Assembly (NCBI GenBank): GCA_964016885.1
Contig: OZ024751.1
Coordinates: forward strand, 17,112,001-17,176,000
Reading direction: 5' to 3'
Length of the DNA stretch: 64,000 bases
Source of the DNA: Eledone cirrhosa
Lineage: Eukaryota
Positions within the stretch are counted from its first letter, which is position 1. Every line of letters begins with the position of its first letter. The notes under the pieces are model-generated. The model worked only from the letters and a program-made list of their open reading frames with translations. It searched no databases and was not told the DNA's origin. A program made the position numbers and the translations under genes. Positions 15,190-28,438 of this stretch are shown piece after piece.

Positions 15190-16080
15190 TAAATTAAATT
15201 AAATTAAGGGAGCCATGTCCGAGACATGCACCATATACACCGTAGAATAAGCTCAAAGATTCCAATGAATAGATCCAAGCATTTTATATCAACTAGAAAT
15301 TGATTGACATATATATATATTTAAAATAAACACATGAAACAATTACAGGGGATAATTTGTAAAGTGTGTACTTACACATACCTAGGTAGGAAACTAATTA
15401 AAGTTTAACTAGAGCTTCAAATATTACCTTTTAAAAAATGATTAATCCTCCTTGTATATATTTCATTAAAGAAATATATTTCACCAATAATCCGTAAAGT
15501 CAAAGTAGTCAAATCTTGGATCTTCAGCAAGAGGGAATAAATAACTATCTGTGTTTACACATCAAATGCAAATCTGCGAGTGACCCGTTGCACGTGTTGT
15601 AATTCTAAAACTACTAACAATATGCTATTCGGATATATAAACGGTTCCTTAATTGTAGAGTTATATCGGTTGAAAGGACTCGGCTGCTATTTATAGCTGT
15701 CGACCACCCTATTCACGCCAATGGGAGGACGCTAGCATGGTGTTAGTAATTTTAGAATTGCAACACGTGCGACGGGTCACTCGCAGATTTGCATTTAATG
15801 TGTAAACACAGATAGTTATTTCTTCCCCCTTGCTGAAGATCCAAGATTTGACTAATGTGACTTTACGGATTATTGGTTAAATATATTTCTTTAATAAAAT
15901 ATATACAAGGAGGAATAATCATTTTTTAAAAGGTAATATTTGTAGCTCTAGTTAAACTTTAATTAGCTACCTACCTAGCTATGTGTGATTACACACTTTA
16001 CAAATTATCCCCTGTGATTGTTCATATGTTTATTTTAAATATATATATATATATATGTCAATCAATTTCTAGTTGATATA
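15190..16080. mobile_element. Large fold-back element (~340-bp arms) with an HHR-like core in each arm (family E)
   Basis: Arms ~15284-15627 and ~15733-16079. cttg CTGAAGA tcca...tggt GAAA...tata TA caag at 15447-15534 (-), with a mutated copy at 15826-15913 (+). Tail hairpin at 15251-15280. Confidence 0.8.
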
Positions 16081-16122
16081 TATATATTTATGTGTATCTA
16101 TGTATATATATATTTATGTGTA

Positions 16123-16204
<82 letters not shown>

Positions 16205-16610
16205 AATATATATACATATATACATATATATACATATATATATGTACATATTTATGTATATATATATATATATAAATATGTACATATTTATGTATATATA
16301 TGTACATATTTATGTATATATACGTACATATATATACATATGTACATATATATATTTATTTATATATATATATACATATATGTGTGTCTGATGGTTGCTA
16401 AGATGCTTCCATAGGCGGTATGCCGGTTGAACACTCTATTGATTTCAGATGCATCACTGATTTTTCGTTTTATATATAAATATATATATATAATTATATA
16501 TGTATGTGTGCTTGTGCATATGTGTGTGCACGTGGAATTATGCTTGCGTGTATACAAGAGTGCGTATGTACATGTATGTTCATATGTGTGCATATATATA
16601 TATATATAAT

Positions 16611-16656
<46 letters not shown>

Positions 16657-16677
16657 CATATATATATATATATTTAA

Positions 16678-16709
<32 letters not shown>

Positions 16710-16714
16710 ATATT

Positions 16715-16790
<76 letters not shown>

Positions 16791-16868
16791 AATATATATA
16801 TATATATATATTTAAATATATTTAAATATATATATATATATATATATTTAAATATATATATATATATT

Positions 16869-16967
<99 letters not shown>

Positions 16968-16986
16968 CAATATATATATATATTTA

Positions 16987-17019
<33 letters not shown>

Positions 17020-17020
17020 T

Positions 17021-17126
<106 letters not shown>

Positions 17127-17485
17127 AGTGTATATGTCCTTGCATATAGCAGAAAAGCAAAAATATAGTTACAGAGGTAACCGTTCCTAATATATATATA
17201 TATTCTATAATGAGATACTACGCGGTGGTGAGCTCTTGCCGTCGGCCAGTAACTCATTATAATATCTACAATCTACTGTAAGCATAGAGTAACAAGCAGA
17301 AACAATGGCTTTGCAAAACTGATCTAAACTGATAACTTCCGATATATATTTATATATCAATTAAAGAGTAGGCTCCGAAACTTAAGGTTAGCAGCAACTG
17401 CGTTAAGAATATTTTAGTAATAATATTTGTCTTTCTACATAGCAGAACATTATTTTGCTATTACCTATTCAAAGGTAATACTTGA

Positions 17486-17525
<40 letters not shown>

Positions 17526-17527
<2 letters not shown>

Positions 17528-17709
17528 CGAAGGAAATGTGGTAAGGAACCAGGTGGACCATAACGCACCAAAGTACTCAATACTTGGGGTAGTAGAGTGG
17601 GTAATAGGAACCAGTAAGACCCCGACGGCTGAGCTCAAGCCGTTTCGACGGCTAATTCTGGACTAGAATTAGCCGTCGAAACGGCTTGAGCTCAGCTTAC
17701 TGGTTCCTA
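17526..17709 (-). mobile_element. Fold-back half-hammerhead element (family F), copy 1
   Basis: Palindrome 17604-17709 with GAAA-cggct...agccg-TC on the minus strand; tail 17526-17603; inside (TA)n. Confidence 0.8.
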
Positions 17710-17867
17710 TATATATATATATATATATATTAGGAACGCTTACTTCTGTAACTATATTTTTGCTTTTCTGCTATATGCAAGGACCCACTCACACATACAC
17801 GCACATATATATGTATATTTATATATATGTATGTATATATATATAAATATATATATATTTAAATATT

Positions 17868-17949
<82 letters not shown>

Positions 17950-17953
<4 letters not shown>

Positions 17954-18143
17954 AACCAGTAAGACCCCGACAGCTGAGCTCAAGCCGTTTCGACGGCTAA
18001 TTCTGGAGTCCAGAATTAGCCGTCGAAACGGCTTGAGCTCAGCTGTCGGGGTCTTACTGGTTCCTATTACCCACTCTACTACCTCAAGTATTGAGTACTT
18101 TGGTGCGTTATGGTCCACCTGGTTCCTTACCGCATTTCCTTCG

Positions 18144-18145
<2 letters not shown>
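17950..18145 (+). mobile_element. Fold-back half-hammerhead element (family F), copy 2
   Basis: Perfect 58-bp arms at 17950-18007 and 18009-18066 with a 1-nt loop; tail hairpin at 18073-18099. Confidence 0.85.
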
Positions 18146-18186
<41 letters not shown>

Positions 18187-19424
18187 CACATATGAACATA
18201 CATGTACATACGCACTCTTGTATATACACGCAAGCATAATTCCTCGCACAAGCACACATACACACACACTCATATACTATATATTTCATTTTAGTGTTTT
18301 CTTTCCGGTAACATTCGTGACATAAAAACATCGAAAGATATTTAACAATATTATAACAATATTATAATATGTAGAATATTGTATGAGAATTGGAGCAGCT
18401 GTACATTGTGATGCACGAGGTAAGGATAATTTAAAATCTTTAACGCATAATTATTGCAGGTATGATTCATACCTTCATGCATAGAACAAGAATTTTGAGT
18501 TTGAAAATACAAAATAAACATATATATTATACTATTAAAATAACATATGAATACCTATGTTTTTAGAAGAATGTTTATAGCATTCAAGACTTGAATTATA
18601 AATAGTTCAATGTATTTTCATTGTTTCTACATTTTCTATTGTCTATTATTGTCTATTATTGCTGAAGAGCACAACCACGTATATGCCTTTCATAAAATTC
18701 CCTAAAGAAAATGCAGAAAGATTGAATCGCGACAGATTTTCCTTCCTTCTTCTATCACGTTAATTTCAAATTTCCACACCAAACCTGAATAAGAATTCCA
18801 TCCGCTTGTAAAATATTTGAATAATATATTGTTAAAATATGTATGGGGCGGCGAATTGCCATAGTTGTTTGAAGGTCGAACGGACAATATAATTTACGGT
18901 GTTCTTTCCCCATCAATGCATTCTGAATTCAAATCCTGCCGAGCTTAACTTTGCATTTTATTCTTTGCGGTTGATAAAAGAAAGTACAAGTTTATAAAAG
19001 AAAGTACTGAGGATGAGTCATCATCTACATCGCTTTCTAACTATCTATCTTTCAGTCTCTTGCACAGGTAGAAATCGGCTGATTTCACACTTGTCAATGG
19101 ATATGTCTGACCAGGTTTAAATGCTGAAGTCACAAATTTTATCACTACTATTCCCTTATGATTCAAACAGGAACTACGGTGTCATATAGGAATCTAAGTT
19201 AGAGTATTGTGCTGATGATGGCAAGGGGTTGAGTTTGATACATACTCCAACCAGTTTGCCTTTCTGAGCAAGTAACTTCATTTTACATCAGATAAATGGA
19301 CACCAGCAATGCCTGGTAGTTATATTTGTAATAAACTGGTGCTTACGGCAGTTGGGTTAGGGTTCTTGAACTCTCAGTCGCATAACATTTTGTTGCGACT
19401 TTATCGTTTCCCACTATCAGTGCA

Positions 19425-19650
19425 ACATTTAATTCAAGCCACATAAATGCCTGCTGTTGAAATTAAGGTGTAAGTGCCCGAGCGTTCCACAGTCAGGTGA
19501 AGCTTAATATATTTCTCAGGGAGATTCAGCTGGAGACATTGTGAGATAATGTTAACCCTCTGATGTACAGCTACAACTAGCTTTTGCTAGCTGTGTGGAC
19601 TAGATCAACGTGAAATATAACGTCTTGCTCAAGGACACAATGCGCTGTAT
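19425..19650 (-). mobile_element. Second SINE family with CORE-like domain
   Basis: ACGTGAAATATAACGTCTTGCTCAAGGACAC is the reverse complement of a CORE-like GTGTCCTTGAGCAAGAC motif; plus-strand relative at 61518-61635. Confidence 0.65.
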
Positions 19651-19807
19651 ATCAGTCAAGACCAACACTTTGTTTGGTTGTCTAAATTCCGACCGTAGAT
19701 GCCTTTCAATTATATTTTTCTTTTTATCATGCGATGGGGATAACAAAGGAACGCACACAACAAAATTTAACACCACAAGGCAGACAATCCAAACCTGATA
19801 ATCCCTA

Positions 19808-20376
19808 GACCCAGGACAGCTACTTTATTTATCGACCCTGAAAGAATTAAAATTAGAGTTCACGTAGGTGTAAATCGAACTCAGGACACAGCGTGACGGA
19901 GCAAATTCTGATTCTTTTAATCCGATACTACCCTGAACTAGATCCCATAACCTGGCACATAATCCGATACTCCGGAAAGCTGGAACATGTACAGACCACT
20001 TCCTTCGATAATCCCGTGGGTTGTAGCAAATACGGATATATCAAATCATTCGATATCCTCGAGAATCATCTCAAATACGGAGTCATTTCCTTCTATACTC
20101 CGGAGAAAGGTAACAAATACGGAGTCATTTTATTCGATACTCCTTAAGAATCGACTCAAATACGGAGTCATTTCTTTCGATACTCAGAGAATCGTAATAA
20201 ATTCGGAGTCAATTCATTCGATACTCTCGAGAACCGTCTCAAATACGGATTCAAATCATTCGATGCTCCCGAGAAACGGAATTGATACACAGGCACTTAA
20301 TCCGATTCTCCAGAGAAACTGAACAAATACGGTCGTATTTAACGTGATACTTTAACAGCTCTGCCGATTCTTCGCG
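19808..20376 (-). repeat. SINE containing a ~42-bp minisatellite between its A and B boxes
   Basis: AAATACGGAGTC-type units at 20028, 20073, 20115, 20158, 20199, 20241 and 20325. B box at ~19873-19882 and SINE core on the left; A-box-like head at ~20350-20376. Confidence 0.75.
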
Positions 20377-20434
20377 TCAGATACAATCCAATATTATACC
20401 AGTCATGATTTAGTGACTAACATCAATAATGATT

Positions 20435-20640
20435 TCTACTATAGACACGATGCCAGTAATTTGCGGTGGGGTAGTGTAGTCGATTAAATTGACACCAGTG
20501 CATTACCGTTGCTTTATTTTATCGGCCCCATAAGGATGAAAGGCAAAGCTAAAACCTCGCCGGGATTTGAAAACAGAACGTAAAGTGCCGTAAATCTATG
20601 CCACAATATATGCTCTCAGACGCTCTACCGATTCTGCCAA
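20435..20640 (-). mobile_element. tRNA-derived SINE copy
   Basis: Reverse complement of the head (CTCTACCGATTCTGCCAA) and core. Confidence 0.8.
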
Positions 20641-21658
20641 TAATACTCAAACATATGTCTTGTTTGTTTGCTTGTTTTGGTTTTCTTTTTACAAACACAA
20701 TTGAAATTAGTTTTCTTAATTGTCTTCCTTTCTCAAAGAGTCGTTTATCAAAATGTTAGAGTAATTTCATGATCAGAAGATATTCAGATAGGAATAACTG
20801 GTCAATCTTTCACATTAATGAGGGTAAGGATTATTGCAAGTTATTTTCCTTGATTTTTGATATCTGTTAACTAGATATCATCTGACATTTACATTAAAAA
20901 GCTGATATACGAAATGTCTTTACCATAAGTCTGAAGTTTACATCACCTAGCACAGCTTCGTGCCTGATTTCACATTCAAAAGGCATCCTCTTGATAATGT
21001 TGTTTATAATGTTTTTCAAATAGGCTTAGAAATATTTCTTATTAGAAGACTAACTAAAATTATCTCACGCGAAGATTCTGCTGAAGTCTTCTTCCTTCCG
21101 GTTAACCCCTTCATATTGATGTTCCTTCTAATTTTGTATACTCTAATATGTTTGTACGAATTATTTACTCGATTTCACAATCGAGTACTGGAACTTCTTA
21201 TCGCGTATTTTAAACATTCTAACATTACATGTTTATATATAACATCAGGAAAACGTTGCTTAAAATAATTCGAGTTGCATGCTAGTTCTGCTGCTGCACC
21301 TGGGAAAACATCTTGTCCCTATAATATATATTAACTACACCGCACTCTATATATACACATGAGTTCATTTTTCAGTCTCCTTATCAACAACGAAGATGAA
21401 AAAAACTTACCTCAACACTTAATTATAAATCTTTAATGTTTAGTGTTTAATTTTACTAATACATCGAAACCGGTTGTACTTTATATACTTTATATACATT
21501 ATATAACTCTTTCTTAAAATAATTGTCCGTCTCATTTTTTTCAACAGTGTCCTTTTGACGAATAAAAAAAAGGAAAAAAAAAAGAAAAACAGACCCTTAA
21601 ATATATTTTCCGTGCTATTTGCAATCTCTCTCTCTCTCTCTCTCTTTATATATATATA

Positions 21659-21704
<46 letters not shown>

Positions 21705-21852
21705 TTTTGAGTATATGTTGGTTGTATACCAGCACCTAAGTATGCAGACTGGAGCACTCAACGAAGTGCGCAGGTTGGTTTGGTTACTCCGGAGTAATGT
21801 AAAATAAGATAAAATAAATAAGTCAAATGTTTAAAATTTAGCTTCGTTTATT

Positions 21853-21909
21853 ACTGCTATATATATATTTCGGTGACAGCCATCTTTGGCTGTGATCTCT
21901 TCAGGCAGT
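21853..21909 (-). ncRNA. Type I hammerhead ribozyme
   Basis: Reverse complement reads actgc CTGAAGA gatc-acagcca-aaga-tggctgt-cacc GAAA tatatata TA gcagt AATAAA. Conserved tail hairpin at 21753-21795. Confidence 0.8.
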
Positions 21910-22070
21910 CCGAATTAGTGTGGTATAGACAAGTACATATGTTGTTGAGGTGTATAACCTTGTCAATGCTCTGATATGCCCAGTTCCTGGTTGGGTTGTT
22001 ATTTCACTAAGGAACTGGAATCATATATATATATAGATAGATAGATAGATACATTGTGTCATGCAGGGGC

Positions 22071-22106
<36 letters not shown>

Positions 22107-22879
22107 CAGAGTGAGAAAGGGTTTGCAAGACCCCGATTCCACCCTGTCTTCCCTCCAACAGCCCCTGCATACCACAATGTGAAATTTCAACACAGTACTA
22201 CCATGAATAGTGACGTATTTTTACGGGCCCTAGTAAAGGGTTGGCACCGTGATCGGGATTCTACACCTCTCTCTCTCTCTATCTATCTATCTATATATAT
22301 ATATATATTTATGGAATATAGAGAAGTGACATACGAGTTAATATATATAAAAAAATAGCAAAACAAAAAAAATCAGTACAAAATGCTAAATGGATTTTCT
22401 CTCTGAATAACATCAAAACATTTATTTAAAAAATAGGAATTTCTGCATTATTTGTACCGGTTTCAGCTTATAGGCTTTATCATACGACGGAATGGTATAA
22501 TGCAATTAAATTGCATATTAATAAGAATAATGAGAATATGGGGGGGGGGGGATTTTTTACATACATATTTAGGGAGAGGAGTTCATATTTTAGTCTGTAG
22601 TTTTCTTTCTTTCTCTTTTAGTGTTGACCCTAGCCTTAGCACCAACGGTGGTAGCAGTTTAAGCTGTTGACTTATATTAATATGTATGTGTGTAGGTGAG
22701 TGTATTAGTGAGCAGTATTGTATGAAGAAAAGTATATTAATATTGGGCAAGTGATTCACTTCCTTGTAAAATATGTTTGGTTTTGATTCTTTTACAGTGT
22801 TTTCGCTATCTTCTGTGAATTAATATATATTATTAATGGATTATTCTAATTCCATTATTCCGAGAGTGATCTGTTAACA

Positions 22880-23560
22880 AAGGGGAGGATTAGATTGGCA
22901 GAATCAATAGATCGTTGGAGACTTTGCGACATATAGTTACAGTACTTTACGAGTTCAAATTCCGCTGTGGTCAAATTTGTTTATCATCATTTCAGATAGT
23001 TGAAATTAGATACCAATCAAGTACTATGGTCGGTATAAACGATTATCTTTTCCAACTAAATATCTTGTCTTTTCGCTTCAATTTATTTCTAATTTACGGA
23101 AAATAACAGCACAAATGTGATTATATTAAGCTCAGTAGGGGTGGTGCAATGGCAGAATCGGTAGTGGGTCGGACGCCATGCTTTGCAGCATTGAGTTACG
23201 GCCCTTTATGATCAGAGTTCAAATTCCGCCGAGGTTAAATTTACCCTTAATCCTTACTGTGTCAATAAAATAAAGTACCAGTCACGCACTGGGGTCGATT
23301 TAATCGACTTTTCCCTTCGCCAAAATTGCTGACCTTGTGCATATTTAAGAAATCATTATGGGCAGCGGATTGGCAGTATCAGTAGAAGGTGGGACGCCAG
23401 GCTTAGCAGCATAGAGTTCCGGCACTTTATGATCTTGCCATTCTGAGTTCAAATCCCGCCGAGGTTAACTTTGCCTTTCATCCTTACGGGGTTGATAAAA
23501 TAAAGTACCAGTAATGCGCTGGGTAATTGCTGGCCTTGTGCCAAAAAGTAGAAACAATGA
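22880..23560 (+). mobile_element. Three head-to-tail SINE copies
   Basis: Heads at ~22885, ~23138 and ~23360, each followed by a B box and core. Confidence 0.85.
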
Positions 23561-23564
23561 ATTT

Positions 23565-23790
23565 ATTTGGTCGTGATTGTATAATGTACATTGCTGTGTC
23601 TGATATTGTACTCTTTGTGTTGTGTTTTGAATTGTCGTTTATATTGTTTTTTGGTGGGAGGGGCAGTATTTCAAATGTTCCTAGCAAGAATGCTTTTTAA
23701 CTCTATTTAATGTTGTGGATTGTTAGGAATTCTAAGGTTCTGTCCATCTCCTTGCAGCCGTACCTAGTATTCCAATGATTGGTTCATCAA
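23565..23790 (-). mobile_element. Possible R4/Dong/NeSL-type LINE 3' remnant
   Basis: Reverse complement translates, with a frameshift and stops, to PIIGILGT...KAFLLGTFEIL, resembling the restriction-like endonuclease C-terminal motif. Confidence 0.4.
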
Positions 23791-24397
23791 GTATGAATTT
23801 TGTCGAAATTTATTTAAAAAAAAACAAATTTCTACAAATTTCATCACTTATTGTTACTGCTTTATTTAGTTTTTCCCTGAAAAATTCGGAGATGTGCATT
23901 TCCCCTAAAGAAGAAGACACGTGAGGTGGAATAGCTGATGTAGCGGATGTTGCTGGCTGCTCTCTGCTTATTGCTTTTTTCCTTTATGTTGGCTCGAATG
24001 TGTAGCTGAGATATATACTGCCTTGTCTAGTGTGTAGCGTAAACATCTACCCCGCCATTCCTCATTAGCTTTTATTTAATATATTTTATTGCGAACAACA
24101 TATAATTTAATTGAAATGTGGTGAATAAATTTTTAGTTTGTTAGTGAAAATCAGGAATACGTTTCCGGGAATGAAATGTATTTGCTTCTCAAACCATTAA
24201 TTTAAAAATTTGAAGAATCAATACTTTTATTTAGCTAATAATTGTGAAGGTTGTAGAATGTGATAAATACAGAAAAATATTGCAGTTTGGAGAGATTTGT
24301 GGAAATGATTTCAGTGAAATAATATTTTATCATTTGTAGATTTGTAGATGTAGGATATAAAAGTAATGAAGTGAGGAGAAGACAGAAGACGTAGATA

Positions 24398-24744
24398 CAG
24401 TTGTCCTCCGCTATTCGTGGAGGTTACGTTCCTAGAGTACACGCCACAGTAAAAAACCGCGAATATCATAGTGGTCCATAAAAATGCCTACAAACGTCAA
24501 ACTATAACGTAAAATATGATAAAATAACGAAGGAGCGACTTATGCGTATGGCCGTCCAATAGGCCGGCAAATACAGTATATTGTTGTTAATAATTTAGCG
24601 TTAAAAATATATATTGCCAGGAAAAAAATCACGGAAGATGTTTACAATTCTGAGAATATGCGGCGGTTTCTACGAACAATTATTAGGTAGGTTCTAAAAA
24701 AAGCTCTGCGAATAACCGGGACAGCATTTGCCGGGGATACACTG
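24398..24744. mobile_element. pogo/Tigger-like MITE
   Basis: TA|CAGTTGTCCTCCGCTATTCG ... GCCGGGGATACACTG|TA: imperfect terminal inverted repeats with TA target duplication. Confidence 0.7.
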
Positions 24745-25751
24745 TATATCGATTAATTATCAATGTATGAGTCACGTAGTTTGCTATTCCAGAGATGAAG
24801 TAGAAGTGTTAGAAGGTACAAAGTCGTTGTAATGTGTTGGTACATTACAATATCTTGCAAGATGTTAATTGAATCTTCGCCAATCGGTTAGATAGATAAG
24901 TTTGGCTGGAATCTATAGACGGTGATCTGTCCAGACAAATGAACAATATGACTGTAATGTGAGTCACACACCTCTTTGTCCAAAATCAGTTAATGTTCAA
25001 GATTAAAGTATTTTCTAATCATTCGATTAGTGATCATCGAAAAGAATTTTTTAAAGATATTAGTAACCAAAAACAAAATAATTCAAAAACACACATAAAT
25101 CGATATTTTGGACAACAGGACTTATCTTAATATGTAGAATAATCATAGAGAAAAGGGTTACCGAAGCTCTGAAATCAAATTTACGTATTATATTGTGATG
25201 TGATCAATAGTATATCAAAGGTTTCAATTAACATTTAACATTTCGAAACATTTTAGTTGGAAACTTTATATGAATCAAATATATGATTAAGTTCGGTGAA
25301 TTGGCGCTGAGACTCTGAATCTGAATTCTAATAAGTTAAGAAAAAGATATTTTAGTTTAAAGAAAACCCATTTGTTTGCTCGTAATAGTCAGAGATAGGG
25401 AGGGAGAGAGAGACAGAGGCGATGACAGTGGAAGTTCGTCTTCTCTGTGTACATTATGTGTATGTGTATGTTTACTTCTACTCACCCGTTAGTTATTACC
25501 TACATATATGTGACAATGAACAGTCTGGAAAAAGAAACTGTTGTTTCAGACAACAACAACACTACAACCACCAACACCACTAACAGTTTTAAGAGACAAC
25601 CATTCGACCATCATACAACCACAGAATACCGTATGTTCATAGGAAATATAAAGGAGTAGAACACACGGGAGTCTGCTTCACAATTGTTTCCTACCGACAA
25701 AAGGTCGCAGTGAAAAGTAATAGAAATACTATTAGTTTAAATACACGGACC

Positions 25752-25965
25752 AAAGCGGTGAATTGACATTATCGGTAGAGCTTCGGGCATGTTTTATAGC
25801 ATACAGTTACGCCCCCTTACGATCTGAGTTCAAATCCTGCCGAGGTTAGCTTTGCCTTTCATCTATGCCGGGTCGATAAAATAAAGTACCAGTAATGTAC
25901 TGGAGTCAATTTAATCGATTCTCCCCTTCCCCCAAATTATTGGACTTTTGCCTAAAATAAGAAAC
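25752..25965 (+). mobile_element. tRNA-derived SINE copy (long-tail variant)
   Basis: Head, B box, core and AATCGATTCTCCCCTTCCCCAAAATT tail. Confidence 0.85.
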
Positions 25966-27284
25966 CTATATTTATACACGGACCACCACCGTCACTGTCA
26001 GAATTATATAAGCCTAAGGGATGTGGAGGAACTTTCTCCGTTGTGCAGAAACCCAGGCGCACACCGCATTATGGTCTCTGTGATCAGAATAGAGAACTCA
26101 TTAGCTGGAAAATTTATAAATGTACAGACGACCACAATTATTACCAAAATGATATATGGCTGAACAATGTGAAAGATTTTTCTCCGACATGTAGAATCCC
26201 AGATTCATGCCGGGTCATAGTTCTGGTTGATATAATAGAACCAGAGTTACCTCGGATATTAGCGAGGAAGTCGTGATGAAATGTTTTGCTATTAGCGAAG
26301 ACATTTACACTAAACTAAAGTAGACATATTTTGGGAATCGCTAGCATTGTACAGCTAATTTATAGAATACTATAGGAAACATGGCATTATTCGTTTTTAT
26401 ATATTTAGAGTTGGAATAGTGGTGGATTGGCAGTTAACATGGACCTTCTTATTCTGGCTCTATATATTATGAGATCAAAATCCGTCATGGTCAATTTCAA
26501 CTGTAATCCTTCCGCGGCTGATAAAATTAAGTTCAAGTCAAGTATTGGTGTTGATTAAATGTGCAGGCTTTCTGCTTAAATAGTCTCCACCTCCAACAAT
26601 TTTACCCTTAACCATTTGGTTACGGGAGACAGGATTGAGAATACATTGCCTCGGAGGACGACGAAGGAGTCACGTTGGATCAGCCACAGTAAATCGTGGA
26701 GCTCGCTTGTGGGGGAAACCAACTCCGCTCTGATAGAAATGAGCAGGGATGTAGTTTGGTGTGCCAAGAACGCTGGAAGTATCCACTGCTAGAGGCTCTA
26801 CTACAAATCTATCACAGAGCGGTCAATACTTGGACAGTTTGCCCTGTTCAGGCTGGTGGGCAGCAAAGCCTGGACTGGTAGCCGAAAGCGTTAGGTTATC
26901 GCTAGAGAAGGTATCGCAATTTCACATCAATATATGGAGTCTGTTTCGCATGATTTTAGACATTAAAATGTTGTTAACCCTGAGACATACGATCGTCAAT
27001 CAGCAGAATTCGATCCAATAACTTAACTGTTTGTATAAACATTATAACTCCCCAGTCTTATAGCATCCGAGAACTTGGCGCCAGTAGGCAATTTAAACAC
27101 CTCTCTTATCACCATAAAAGGACACCACATTACAAATTTACTATATTTTATCTTGCACGCATAGCCATTTATCTATCACTAACAGCAATAAACCATAAAT
27201 AAGCGAAATATTTAAATCCACCCTCCAAAGATAATACAAACATCTCTTCAATTCTCTTACCCTCACATATAGTATCAATCATTT

Positions 27285-27858
27285 GATGGATTGGCAGAAT
27301 CGTTAGAGGGTCTGACGCCATACTTTGCAGCATAGAGTTACGGCCCTTTCCATTCTGAGTTCAAATTCCGCCGAGGTTAACTTTGCCTTTCATCCTTACG
27401 GGGTCGATAAAATAAGGTACCAGTAATACACTGGGATAATTGCTGGCCTTGTGCCAAAAGTAGAAACAATTATTATTTTTGTTATTCGGTAGATTTCAAA
27501 AGTGCGGTGGATTGGCAATATCGGTAGAGGGTCTGACACCATGCTTTGACGTATAGAGTTACGGCCCTTTATGATCTGAGTTCAAATCCCGCCGAGATTA
27601 TGTTTGCCTTTCATCCTTACGGGGTCGATAATATAAAGTACCAGTCACACACTGGGGTCGATTTAATCGACTTTCTCCTTCCCCCAAAATTGCTGGCCTT
27701 GTGCCTATATAAGAAATCATTATTAGAGTTACGGCCCTTGCCATTCTGAGTTCAAATCCCGCCGAGGTTAACTTTGCCTTTCATCCTTACGGGGTCGATA
27801 AAATAAAGTACCAGTAATACACTGGTTAATTGCTGGCCTTGTGCCTAACGTAGAAACA

Positions 27859-27915
<57 letters not shown>

Positions 27916-28128
27916 GTTATTCGGTAGATTGGCGAAGGTGGTGGATAGGCAGTATCAGTAGAGGGTCGGACGTCATACTTAGCAGCATAGAGTTACAGCC
28001 ATTTGCGGTCTCATTTCAAATTCCGGCGATGTTAACATTGGCTTTCATGCATATTGGGTCGATAAAATAAAGTACCAGTAATGCACTGGGATAATTGTTG
28101 GCCTTGTTTCAAAAGTAGAAAAAATTAT
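27285..28128 (+). mobile_element. Tandem cluster of four SINE units with (ATT)n tail
   Basis: Units at ~27285, 27504, 27725 (headless) and 27936; (ATT)n at ~27859-27915. Confidence 0.9.
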
Positions 28129-28294
28129 TAATATTCCATGAAATGCTTACCTAGAATTGTACGATATCAGCTAGCCCAGCCAAACGCCACAATTGAAGTA
28201 AACATCTCGTTGAGTCAAAAAGCGCACACGTTAAAATCCTACACGGTACAGGTTTCTCGTACTTGCATTACCTTAAATGACACCTCGGTTACTT

Positions 28295-28339
<45 letters not shown>

Positions 28340-28404
28340 GTGTATATATTTATATGTGTATATATTTATATGTGTATATATTTATATGTGTATATATATA
28401 TGTG

Positions 28405-28438
<34 letters not shown>

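Noticed and set aside
20028-20350. CRISPR-like repeat/spacer appearance
   Set aside because: The putative spacers are short and resemble each other (GAGAAnCG), the repeats are degenerate, there are no cas genes, and the context is a eukaryotic SINE.
26576-26900. GC-richer segment, possibly a decayed L1/Tx1 fragment
   Set aside because: No diagnostic motif was recoverable by eye.
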